Below, in pieces: positions 10,673 to 20,900 of a stretch of DNA of 64,000 bases (position 1 is the stretch's first letter; each line of letters starts with the position of its first letter). Location: positions 2,401 through 66,400 of the IMG/VR virus record IMGVR_UViG_3300035698_003862; one strand, given 5' to 3'. The notes under the pieces were generated by a model. It was given only the letters and a program-made list of their open reading frames with translations, had not been told where the DNA came from and ran no database searches. Made by a program: the position numbers and the translations under genes. Origin of the DNA: a virus.

Positions 10673-10829
10673 ACTGATCGCGCTATTCGGAGAGAGTAAG
10701 CGCGGCAGTGACAGTGACAGTGACATTAACAGTAGCTACAGTGCCGGTTTTGCCAAGATGTGTGAGACCAGGGGAGTGGACCCACTACAGCTTGTTAAAG
10801 CCGCAGAAACGCTAGAGCTAATACTCTAG
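10647..10829 (+). CDS. Small hypothetical protein
   Basis: 60 aa ORF overlapping the RAMP gene end; SDSDSD linker encoded by ACAGTG repeats; GFAKMC...GVDP motif. Confidence 0.45.
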   Translation: MTQQQKQRKLIALFGESKRGSDSDSDINSSYSAGFAKMCETRGVDPLQLVKAAETLELIL

Positions 10830-10965
10830 CCTCGGGCAACTTGTGATATCACGTAATGTTTGGAACACGGTTTATTACTGATCAGTAATAGTCCGCTTGC
10901 TCTGAATATTTGTGTGCACAGATATATCAGCGCACACAAATGCGCGCTATTCAAATAGGGAGACT

Positions 10966-13536
10966 ATGACTACGGACCATCAAAATGTTCAGATTCGATG
11001 GGGCGACGGCTTCCTTGCCGTAGAGCCCACCTTCCCAGAAAAGCTTATCAAGAAGCTCAAGTACTGGCACCGCGAACTCGCATGGGACGAGGCAGCGATG
11101 AAACGAGTAGCTAGCGGACACTACCGCGAACTCTATACAGTCAATACGCATATCGACGACGAGAACCGGTTACATCAACAGCTATGCACAATGCCTGGCT
11201 TCGCTCACCTAGTGATGGAACTGCTACGTAAGGAAGGTTACGAGTTTGAATTCATCGACCAACGTACGCCGCCGCCACCTATGGACATCGTACGGGCCTG
11301 TGTTGGCCTTTACGATTACCAGATGCCTTGCGCGATCACGGCGTTACAATCCGGTGGGGGCGTCATCGCCTGTCCAACAGGATGGGGAAAGTGTATGTGC
11401 CCTGATACTAACGTGTTATATATGAACGGTAGTGTTAACCGCATGGGCAATATTGCCGTTGGCGATGTACTAATGGGTGATGATTCGCAACCGCGCACGG
11501 TGCTTGAACGCATTGATGGTAGTGGACCGATGTATCGCATCACGCCAAAGAATGGTGAGTCATTCGAAGTGGCTGATAACCATATACTGTCGCTGGTCAA
11601 GTCCGGTGACTGCAAAAGGGATAAATACCCGGATGGTCGGATCGTGGATATCACGGTAACTGACTATTTGCAGCAATCCCTGACGTTCAAACATAGATAC
11701 AAACTATACAAAGTTTGTGTCGACTGGCCAAACGTTTCGGTTAACGTTGACCCATATTGGCTTGGGCTTTGGATTGGGGACGGTGATAGTATACGTCCAT
11801 ATATCACAACAGATGATAACGAAGTTGTAGTGGCCATTTACGCATACGCTAACACGTTGGGTTTACGGGTTACTAACACTGGAATCCGTGATACCCGCAG
11901 AACGCCTACATACGGTATCGTAAAAAGCAACGGTCAAATTAACACGTTACTTAATGCTATGCGTGCTTACGGCTTACTGAAGTCAAGACGTAAGTTCATA
12001 CCACAGGAGTTCAAGGCGAACTCAAGGACTATTCGACTACAGTTATTAGCTGGTTTAATGGATTCAGGCGGGAGCCTTAATGAGGGAACCGACTTTGATT
12101 TCGTGAACACTAACTCGGAACTGGTAGATGATGTTGCGTTTTTAGCAAGATCGTTAGGGTTTAGGGTGCACCAAACGACACGCAAGTGTAAGGGCTTCGG
12201 CGTAGAGATTGATGCATATCGCCTCCGTATAACGGGAGACACGCATTTAATACCTACACGAATACCACATAAGCAGGCGGCAATACGGCAGCAGAAAAAA
12301 CATCCATTACGTACTAGCTTCAGCATCGAGCGTATTGATGATGGTCCGTATGTTGGTGTAAAGCTTGACGGTAATCATCGTTATCTATTAGGTGATTTTA
12401 CCGTTACTCACAACACGCACATAATAGCTGCGCTATGTAAGGCGTTCACGCACGAGGAGTTATGCGCCCGTAACACACCCCTGACCGTGGTAACAACCCC
12501 GGACAAGGACATTACGGCTAAGGACTATCGTGACCTGGTTAAGCTGTTACCTGATCGTGACATAGGCTTGGTTATGTCCGGTAAGAAGGGTTACTCCGAC
12601 GACGTGCAGGTGATCACGCTGGATAGCCTCCACAACCTGAATCTAGACGAGGTTGGTGTGCTAATCGTAGACGAGGTTCATACCGCGGCTTCGGCCAAAC
12701 GCACAGAGCTACTCCTGCAGGCCCGTAAAGCGCTGCGCTGGGGTGTCTCTGCAACGCCCTCAGGACGTTTCGACGGCCGAGACATAGTTACAGAGGGGTT
12801 GTTCGGTCCCGTCGTTTACACGCGAACGTACGCCCAAGGGGTGACTGACGGCGCCTTAGTCCCAATCAAGGTACTCTGGTTCGAAGCACCGCAGCCACAT
12901 ATGGGACTGGAACGCTACAACAAGTACAAAACCCGGAGCGGTCGTTACCGCAATGCCGTATGGAAGAATGAGAACTATCTCAAGTTAATCGGTGATGTCC
13001 TGAAGAGAATCCCCGGCAAGCACCAGACGCTGTGTATTATGCAGTACCTGGAACAGATGAACTTGCTGGCTGCACACTGTGATGGCATACACATGGTGCA
13101 TGCGGAAACGTCGCAAGACAACTTGAGCAAGAAGGAATACCGGAACCTGGCTGCTATATCCGCGAAGGAACGTAAAGGCATCTACACTGACATGGAGAGT
13201 GGTAAGATTCGCCAGATCCTGAGCACGCACGTGTATAAGCAGGGGGTTAACTTCCCTGACCTACAAGTAGTGATTAACGTCGGTGGCGGCGGTAGCGATA
13301 TAGTCGCCAAGCAAGTACCGGGTAGGGAGAGTAGGAAGACGGCAGACAAGCAGGTGTCTTACCTGATTGATTTCTGGCATCCGTGGGACAAACAGACGGG
13401 CAAGGACGGCAAAATACGCGCCGGCTATGTCGCCAAAGATGATCAGTCCAGGGAGAAAGCCTACACTGAACTGGAGTTTGAGCAGGTCTGGATGAAATCT
13501 ATAGATGACCTACCATTCATTGAGGCAAGCCCATGA
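10966..13536 (+). CDS. SF2 DExH helicase (UvsW/XPB-like) with intein
   Basis: PTGWGK|T Walker A split by intein, IVDEVH, SATP, QGVNFPDL, QVPGRESR. Confidence 0.88.
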   Translation: MTTDHQNVQIRWGDGFLAVEPTFPEKLIKKLKYWHRELAWDEAAMKRVASGHYRELYTVNTHIDDENRLHQQLCTMPGFAHLVMELLRKEGYEFEFIDQRTPPPPMDIVRACVGLYDYQMPCAITALQSGGGVIACPTGWGKCMCPDTNVLYMNGSVNRMGNIAVGDVLMGDDSQPRTVLERIDGSGPMYRITPKNGESFEVADNHILSLVKSGDCKRDKYPDGRIVDITVTDYLQQSLTFKHRYKLYKVCVDWPNVSVNVDPYWLGLWIGDGDSIRPYITTDDNEVVVAIYAYANTLGLRVTNTGIRDTRRTPTYGIVKSNGQINTLLNAMRAYGLLKSRRKFIPQEFKANSRTIRLQLLAGLMDSGGSLNEGTDFDFVNTNSELVDDVAFLARSLGFRVHQTTRKCKGFGVEIDAYRLRITGDTHLIPTRIPHKQAAIRQQKKHPLRTSFSIERIDDGPYVGVKLDGNHRYLLGDFTVTHNTHIIAALCKAFTHEELCARNTPLTVVTTPDKDITAKDYRDLVKLLPDRDIGLVMSGKKGYSDDVQVITLDSLHNLNLDEVGVLIVDEVHTAASAKRTELLLQARKALRWGVSATPSGRFDGRDIVTEGLFGPVVYTRTYAQGVTDGALVPIKVLWFEAPQPHMGLERYNKYKTRSGRYRNAVWKNENYLKLIGDVLKRIPGKHQTLCIMQYLEQMNLLAAHCDGIHMVHAETSQDNLSKKEYRNLAAISAKERKGIYTDMESGKIRQILSTHVYKQGVNFPDLQVVINVGGGGSDIVAKQVPGRESRKTADKQVSYLIDFWHPWDKQTGKDGKIRAGYVAKDDQSREKAYTELEFEQVWMKSIDDLPFIEASP
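11392..12414 (+). mobile_element. Intein with LAGLIDADG homing endonuclease (341 aa)
   Basis: Starts CMCPDT, ends VTHN, +1 residue T; LGLWIGDG and LAGLMDSGG motifs; lower GC than flanks. Confidence 0.92.
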
Positions 13537-14117
13537 CTGAGATAGAGCGTTACGCATATCGTGCGCATGACGAATTCTATCGCCAAGTAGAGCGTCGGTT
13601 CCAGGTAAGTAGTGGACGGCGCACTTTTTGGAGTCACAAGTACCGTAAGGCTTTTATGAGCATTGGTGAGATCTGCATCGAGCATAAGTTCGACCTGGTC
13701 GACTACATCAACGCCAGTTTTAACCTGGTACAAAAGAGCAGCACGTACATAACACCTAAGGACTTCACGGGCGGTAAGGCTGTCGAACGATACAAGACCT
13801 TCCGTGATGAATTCAAAAGCGAAGTGGATAGTACATGGCGTGCGATGATCATGCGCCTGTCCGAATTCGAGGTACGACTGATACCTTCGATATATCCGCA
13901 TACTGAGGCATTACTCATGGACCCCGCGCTACCATTCACAGCATGCTTTCGCGTGCTCTATTCAGAGAAGTTCAGTCCTTGGCTATGCAAGATATATGGT
14001 GTGCAAGCTAGGGAAGAGCTGGAGGCAGATAGTCGATTATGCGAATTCGCACGTAAGCATACTGCTGTAAACTTACAGGCGCTGGAGCAAGAGTGCGGAA
14101 GGCTGATCACTACCTAA
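13533..14117 (+). CDS. Hypothetical protein between the two helicases (possible loader)
   Basis: Position and ATGA coupling only. Confidence 0.6.
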   Translation: MTEIERYAYRAHDEFYRQVERRFQVSSGRRTFWSHKYRKAFMSIGEICIEHKFDLVDYINASFNLVQKSSTYITPKDFTGGKAVERYKTFRDEFKSEVDSTWRAMIMRLSEFEVRLIPSIYPHTEALLMDPALPFTACFRVLYSEKFSPWLCKIYGVQAREELEADSRLCEFARKHTAVNLQALEQECGRLITT

Positions 14118-14129
14118 AAGGAGAGTCTC

Positions 14130-15668
14130 ATGCCAGGAGCGTATACACGTGATTTTCAAATTGGCCTGCTGACACAACTAATACTTAGCGGTCAGTTCAT
14201 GACACAGGTAATGGGTTACTTACGGTTGACAGACTTCGAACTACCTGCTTGTCGCCTGATCTATGAGGCGTTACAGTGCTATCATATGCAGTACACTCAG
14301 CATCCCGACTTCAAGACGCTACAGCTGCATGTGCAGTACCTCATTCAGAATATGGATGGGACTACTGCCACGTTGCTGGATCCGACTGAGTTTGAGTCGC
14401 TGGGTACTGTACTGGGTATGATCGCACGCACGCGCCGTGACGCCATCAATACAGATTACTACCTAGGCCAGCTGCAAGGCTATCTGGCTACGGTACGTAT
14501 GGGCCAGCTGCAAGAACAGCACGGGACCATGCTTCAGATGGGTCAGGGCGCAGAGGAGTATCTGACAGAGGCTGTCAAGCTTAACGAAGAGATAGCACAT
14601 CACAATGCATCTGGGTACGAACTGGACTACGTAGACAGTAATCCGGAGCCGATCATGGACGCTAGTGATGTTCAGCGTATACTGACGGGTATCCCGCCGG
14701 TAGACACGTGGACTGGCAACGGCCTAGGCTTGGGCGAGTCTGCGATGATCGTGGCTTGTACTGGTGTAGGTAAGACCACCGGGCTCATCAATATAGGGAA
14801 CGCGGCTAACGTGACCAACTGGCGTAGCTTGTTCATGACGTTGGAGTTGTCCGGCGCACGTATCAAGCGACGACGACAGGCTATGATGGCAGGCATACCA
14901 GCACAGTGGTTCAAGGTGCCTATCGGAGAGTGGCCTGTAGAAATGAAGTGGCGCTTCTCTTGGATCATTGATCCACGGAACCCGAAGTTCGACTACTGCT
15001 GCATCTGCGACATGAGTAAGCGAGCACCTACAGTCGCTGACATCGATACGATGATCCAGAAGTGGCTAACTAACGAGGCCAAGAAGGGCACCGTTGAGCA
15101 GTGCAAGCTTTGTTGCATCGACTGGTTAGATAAGATCGATTCGGGTGGGTTGAACGTCACGAAGAACATGCGCGAAGACACCATACACATCAAGATATCT
15201 GAGGCCCTCGCTGAAATGGGACGACGGTATAACTTGGCGATGTGGTGGGCAACGCAAGCGACACGTGATGCTGAGGGGCGAGAGATACTCATGAAGCAGC
15301 ATACAGCTTACGGGTATCATAAGAACGACCCGCTCGACTTAAGCGTAGGACTTGCACCAGCCATCGAGATCAAGCCGAAGGAGCAGAAGAAGCGAAAGAT
15401 CCGCGATGACGATGATGAGGAGATGCCCGCGTGTAATCGACAGCTGGTCGTGTCTATCATGAAGAATCGGGATAACCCGGACGGTAAGCATGCGCGTATC
15501 TACCAGAGCCCTACGTTGGCGTTCTGGACTGACAGTCGCGCATACACGGCAGCAGAGGCCATACTACGGTCGAAGAATCTAGAAGGATACTCAGCACACT
15601 TATATCAAAACGTAAAGCGCCAGGTGAACTATGCATATCCCGAACTTAGAGCAGTATCTGCGAAGTAA
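14130..15668 (+). CDS. DnaB-like replicative helicase
   Basis: ACTGVGKTT Walker A, FMTLE, CIDWLD, WWATQATR, IMKNR arginine finger. Confidence 0.85.
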   Translation: MPGAYTRDFQIGLLTQLILSGQFMTQVMGYLRLTDFELPACRLIYEALQCYHMQYTQHPDFKTLQLHVQYLIQNMDGTTATLLDPTEFESLGTVLGMIARTRRDAINTDYYLGQLQGYLATVRMGQLQEQHGTMLQMGQGAEEYLTEAVKLNEEIAHHNASGYELDYVDSNPEPIMDASDVQRILTGIPPVDTWTGNGLGLGESAMIVACTGVGKTTGLINIGNAANVTNWRSLFMTLELSGARIKRRRQAMMAGIPAQWFKVPIGEWPVEMKWRFSWIIDPRNPKFDYCCICDMSKRAPTVADIDTMIQKWLTNEAKKGTVEQCKLCCIDWLDKIDSGGLNVTKNMREDTIHIKISEALAEMGRRYNLAMWWATQATRDAEGREILMKQHTAYGYHKNDPLDLSVGLAPAIEIKPKEQKKRKIRDDDDEEMPACNRQLVVSIMKNRDNPDGKHARIYQSPTLAFWTDSRAYTAAEAILRSKNLEGYSAHLYQNVKRQVNYAYPELRAVSAK

Positions 15669-16602
15669 ATTTGGGCAGGTGCGACGTAGCCGAGGCAAAC
15701 ACGGCCTTGAGCTCATCGTGAACTGTCCCGTCTGCGGCAAGCGCAAGTTATCTATCAACGCCAGCACCGGCTTCTATCAGTGTTGGCGCGGATGTATGAG
15801 CGGCCACGTGCAGAAACTGCTTGGGGATGTGCGTATTGCCCAGCAGCAACAAGCGCCAAGGTCGATACCAACATTACCCACAAACGTGAACGCACCCGGT
15901 GATCTCTTGCCGATCGAAGCTCTGGACCCGGATAATCCTCTGATGCTTTATCTGGAGGATCGAGAGTTCGACGCCAAGTTGATCAGCAAACATTATGGTG
16001 TGCGTTATTGTACGACCGGTCAGACGTTCATGGGTGGTGTGTTTGACACCAGTAATACGATGATCATGCCAGTCTGGATAAACGAGAAACTCGTAGGGTG
16101 GCAGTCACGCCTGCTGTATGATCCGGACAAAGTGCCTGATGATAATTGTGAGGCGATGGGCTATATTCAAGATCCTGACGGTGATTGGATTCGGCCACCT
16201 AAGTACTTCACGTCGCCTGGCCTTGACAAGGGCCGCATTCTCTACAACTACGACTGGGCACGGCAAAGTGACGTGGTCGTGGTATGCGAGGGTGTTACGG
16301 ACGTATGGTCCGTAGGTCGCTGTGCCGTAGCTACATTTGGTAAGAACATCACAGAGTACCAGACACGCTTCTTGAAGGCGTACTGGAAGATTGTGATCTT
16401 GCTGTTTGATCCTGGTGATGCTGAGCCTGAGATGCAGGCGCTCATCAGTAACCTGGGCCGTCAAGTAGACGGGCTGGTCAAAATCTCGCTCGACGGATAC
16501 AAGGACGCCGGTGCGGCGCCCCAAAACGAAATCTGGAGGCAGATTGGCCATGCTGCACACGCGGCTGGCGTCGATCTCCTGAACTACAGGATGGTAATAT
16601 GA
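15631..16602 (+). CDS. DNA primase (zinc finger + TOPRIM)
   Basis: CPVC...CWRGC zinc finger, PKYF, VVCEGVTD, LFDPGD, KDAG. Confidence 0.85.
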   Translation: MHIPNLEQYLRSKFGQVRRSRGKHGLELIVNCPVCGKRKLSINASTGFYQCWRGCMSGHVQKLLGDVRIAQQQQAPRSIPTLPTNVNAPGDLLPIEALDPDNPLMLYLEDREFDAKLISKHYGVRYCTTGQTFMGGVFDTSNTMIMPVWINEKLVGWQSRLLYDPDKVPDDNCEAMGYIQDPDGDWIRPPKYFTSPGLDKGRILYNYDWARQSDVVVVCEGVTDVWSVGRCAVATFGKNITEYQTRFLKAYWKIVILLFDPGDAEPEMQALISNLGRQVDGLVKISLDGYKDAGAAPQNEIWRQIGHAAHAAGVDLLNYRMVI

Positions 16603-17144
16603 CAAGACAGCATATGCTGGATAAACACTGTGTACGATGCCCACAGAAGGACAAACCTTCACCCTACCTTAAGTCGAAGCTGCATTACGTATTCGGCCAA
16701 CAGCATTGGATAACCGCTGATTCATGGAAATCGGCAGCGATTCTGGATATCGGTTGCGGTTGTGGCCGTAATATTGACTTCCTCAAGGGTAAGGGCTGTC
16801 ACAATATCCTGGGCTTCGATATGGTCGGTGATTACGGTTGCGCTGTTGATCTGGACGAACGAGCGATGCCGTTATTCGAAAATACGGCTGATATCGTACT
16901 CGCCAATTACATATTCATGTTCCTCAAGCGTGCTACTCGTTACCGCATACTTAAAAGCATCAATCTCGCAGCGAAAGCGGAGTGTACAATGGTGGTTGAG
17001 TTGTACCCGGCACTCGACAGTCATACACCGTCGAAGGAGAGCATGCTCAAACTGCAGGCTGAACTCGAAAGCTGGTTGACCAAGCGTGGTTGGGTCTTGC
17101 TACACAAAGTACAGGCTAAGTTCATAGCTAAGAAGGTTGGATAA
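16599..17144 (+). CDS. Class I SAM-dependent methyltransferase
   Basis: ILDIGCGCGRN motif I, GFD. Confidence 0.8.
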   Translation: MTRQHMLDKHCVRCPQKDKPSPYLKSKLHYVFGQQHWITADSWKSAAILDIGCGCGRNIDFLKGKGCHNILGFDMVGDYGCAVDLDERAMPLFENTADIVLANYIFMFLKRATRYRILKSINLAAKAECTMVVELYPALDSHTPSKESMLKLQAELESWLTKRGWVLLHKVQAKFIAKKVG

Positions 17145-17905
17145 TGAATATCGTAACGATCTGTGATCTCGATGGCTGGATGCAAACGCATCTAGCTCGG
17201 TGGGTGTACCTGGCGAAGCAGACGATGCCAGACGCTGACTTACATCTAGTGGTTCCGGTTGATGATGGGACAGACCACGAGGTGCTGGCTGCGTTTGCCA
17301 GCCGTGCTGATAAGTACTTCGTCCAGGTCAAGTTCGTACCTAAAGTAGACATGACCGGGCGGTTGTTGTACTACGATCGTATGCGGGCTGGCTTACCCAA
17401 CCTACTGGGGTTGGATGAGATGTTGTACGCAGATCCTGACATCGACTTTAGGGCGAGCGTGGAATCCCTACAGACGTTCAAGCCAGATAAGAAACTACTA
17501 TGGGTAGCTAACCCTGTCGAGTTACGTGATATACGTCCAGGGCTTAAAGCGATTGGACGTGTTGATAACGATCCTCTAGTGGAGGAAGGGTTCTTGTACC
17601 TACGTGGCGATCTGCTGCGTGACTTCGACGAGGTGCTTACTACAAAGCCCGTCGATCGTACGTGCATAGCCCCAGGCATGATAGTCTGGACAGAGCTTTC
17701 ACGTCGCAGCTATGCTGCACGCATGCCAGATGAATATAACACCACGATGCGTGCTCATCTGTTGCGTATTTTGGATGCTCGAACCCTACACTTTACAGGG
17801 AATACAAAAAAACAAAGGCCGCATTACAGTTATGAAGGTTACGCGGAGCGCAAGTTGACATTGAACCGTAGTGCTAATTGGTATCAAGATACGGTCGTTA
17901 TGTAA
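17144..17905 (+). CDS. GT-A fold glycosyltransferase (GT8-like)
   Basis: MLYADPDIDF DxD motif, PDEYN, LHFTG. Confidence 0.65.
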   Translation: MNIVTICDLDGWMQTHLARWVYLAKQTMPDADLHLVVPVDDGTDHEVLAAFASRADKYFVQVKFVPKVDMTGRLLYYDRMRAGLPNLLGLDEMLYADPDIDFRASVESLQTFKPDKKLLWVANPVELRDIRPGLKAIGRVDNDPLVEEGFLYLRGDLLRDFDEVLTTKPVDRTCIAPGMIVWTELSRRSYAARMPDEYNTTMRAHLLRILDARTLHFTGNTKKQRPHYSYEGYAERKLTLNRSANWYQDTVVM

Positions 17906-17914
17906 GGAGTAATA

Positions 17915-20900
17915 ATGGTGAAAAAGGAAAAGAAACCTGACGGTCCTACGTGGATAGAGGAGACACAGACTGTAGACAACTTGCTGTGGATCGTAGGAAC
18001 CGGGAAGCTGCCCTGTAAGACAATGTATGTCGCGGAACGTCCATGCGAGTCTGATGTGCGTAACAAGAGCGTATTCACTGGACCTGCGGGTTCGCTGTTC
18101 TTCGCTGAAGCGCGTAACGCCGGTGTTGATACCGATGATGCATGGGTCACTAATGCCATCAAGTATCCGACACCGGGGAATCGAGCCTCGAATGCTGGCG
18201 ACTTGAAGATGTGTAACCCGATGTTGATGGAAGAGATCGTTCGGGCTAAGCCAGAGATTATCGTGTGTATGGGGGCGCCAGCCGTTAAGGCTGTCATGGG
18301 CCGCACCTATAAGCTGGCGGATTATCGAGGTGAGGTAGTACCTTTCCCCGGCGATCCCAGCATCAAGGTATTTGCCATCTACAACCCGTCAATGGTGGCT
18401 CGATCACCAGACGTAAGTGATACGTTCAGGCAGGATCTACGTAAGCTAGCGGCAGTACAACAAGGTGTCGATAACGTACATGACGAGACCGAGTTCGAGG
18501 TTGTTCAGACAGCTGATCGATTGAGTGAAATCGTGGCGCAACTGTGGTCTGAGTCAGATCGCTTGTTCCTGTCAATTGATGCGGAATGGCATGCGCGTAC
18601 ATGGATGCACCCCGATAGCTACATACGACTCTTCCAGTTTTCTAACGAGGTTGGCAAGGCGGTTGTTGTAGAATTCCATGACGAGAACGGGCCTGTGATG
18701 GATAAGCCAGAGGAGGCCTGGGCGATACTCAAAACGTTGCTTGAAGATCCACGGGTGGGCCTGATGGGCCACAACGTGATCTCTGATGGCGAAATGCTAC
18801 TGGCATTGCAGCAGATCGATATCCGTGAGCGGGTAGTGTACGATCCCATGCTTGCCGAGCACGTCATCAACGAGACAGGACCGTTCAGCTTGACAGAGTG
18901 TACTGTAAAGTACACCAATATGGGACGCTACGACACCAAAGTGGTACAGTGGCGCGATACACATAAGAAAGAGACCAAGTATGGTTACGGACTAATTCCA
19001 CGTGACATATTCAACACGTATGCTGCCAAGGATGTAGACGCACCACTACGCATCATGCTTAAGCAGCTGCAACTCTTGCAGCCGTTCAAACAGCCACGCG
19101 GTGACTACCCGAGTTTGTGGGATATCACGTTAGCAACACAGAGATCGCTATACGAGATCGAACGTACGGGCTTGCGAATAGACCAAGAACGTTTAGAAGA
19201 TATGATTCAACGCTACCGGGTTAAGAAGCAAAACCTTATGACTCAGCTTAAGATCATGGCAGCCCAGCAAGGGTTACCGGACTTCAAGCACGGTTCGGTA
19301 GTACAGGTACGTACGCTGTTATTTGATAAGCTAGAGCTAACGCCTATCAAAACGACCAAGGGTAAACCCTGGGGTGAGTACATGCGTAACGCCTGTAATA
19401 ACGGCGTACAGGTCCACCAGCCATCAACGGACAAAACAACGTTGGAGATTCTGGAGGAGAAACACCCCGCGGTCAAGGTACTGGCACAGCTACGTAAGGT
19501 GGATCAGGCGTGTAAGGTCTGGCTACGCCACGCAGGTGAGGATGATGACGAGAACAGTAAGGGTGGCGGAATTCCTGCCAAGATATGGCTTGACGGCCGT
19601 ATGCACTCCCATTTCTCGCAGCTCTCAGATACCGGACGATTCCGGACAAATAAGCCTAACTGTCAGAACTGGCCTAAGCGTGCTGAGGGTTACATGGAGC
19701 AGATATTCGGGAGTAAGGAAGCGACACCCCCGTTACTCCGTACTGTAGTCGTCCCGTCTGACGGCTATTACTTCATGGAAGCTGATTACAAACAAGCTGA
19801 ACTGTTCGTGCTGGCGTCACTATCTGAGGATCCGACAATGTGGTCGGCTCTGACGACGCCGGGTAAGGATATGCATGACATGACAGCGATTACAGCGTTC
19901 GGACTTGTACTGCAGGATGAAAGCGGTAACACGGTATCGGAAAAATACTTGTTGGATCTGGCGGCTAGGGACATGGATAAGTTCAAAGCTGTACAGAAGG
20001 AACTGTTCTATTTAGACCAGAAAGGTCGACGGTTAACACGAGGAGAATTCAAAGACGGAATACGCGTGAGTGCCAAGAATCTCGCACTTTTTACTTGATT
20101 TAGCTCAATGTCTTAGGTTAAAGTGTTTGTATGGAAGCTAAAACTATAAACTGTAAGACATGCGGGCAACCTTTCGTTGCCCGGGACCCTAGAAAAATGT
20201 ACTGCTCACCAAGGTGTAATAGCAAGTCCATCAGGTTACGGAAACGTAAACTATGGGATGCTCCACGTAAGTGTAGACAGTGCGGCAAAGAATTCAAACC
20301 GTTCACAAAGCGTAACGTCTATTGCTCTGACAAATGCAAAGTCGATTACGGCAATGCGCACAAAGCGTACGTACATACATGTGTCGGGTGCAGCACAGAG
20401 TTTACGTCCCGGAACCCCGGAACGAAATACTGCACACGAAGCTGTGCGCTGGCACATACCGTAGTTGAACGCCTGCTTACCTGTGAGGACTGTGGCGCGG
20501 AGTTTACGTTTATTGGAAGAACACGTAAACATCGCTGCCCACACTGCCACAGGCGGTACTGGAACGACTACTACGCTGATGCTATGACCGCCAGGGGCAC
20601 GACGCACTGGTCAAATAGCGGGACGTACGCTAACAATAAGGTTAAGCTGTCTGCGGAGCGCAGAGCTGGTTATCGCGCTGCGTCTTTCGCTGCGTGGGGG
20701 AGTGATTGTATCATATGTGGTAGGGATCACAGTGAAACAGGGGCGGCCGTGGATGTACATCACGTCGACGGTGACCTGTGTAATATTACGGTCACGAACA
20801 TCATACCGTTGTGTCGTAGGTGTCATGGACGCGTGCATAGCCTAGCTAGGCGCGGCACGTTCAAGACGCGGGTTACGGCATCGATGTTGCAAGCAGCTTT

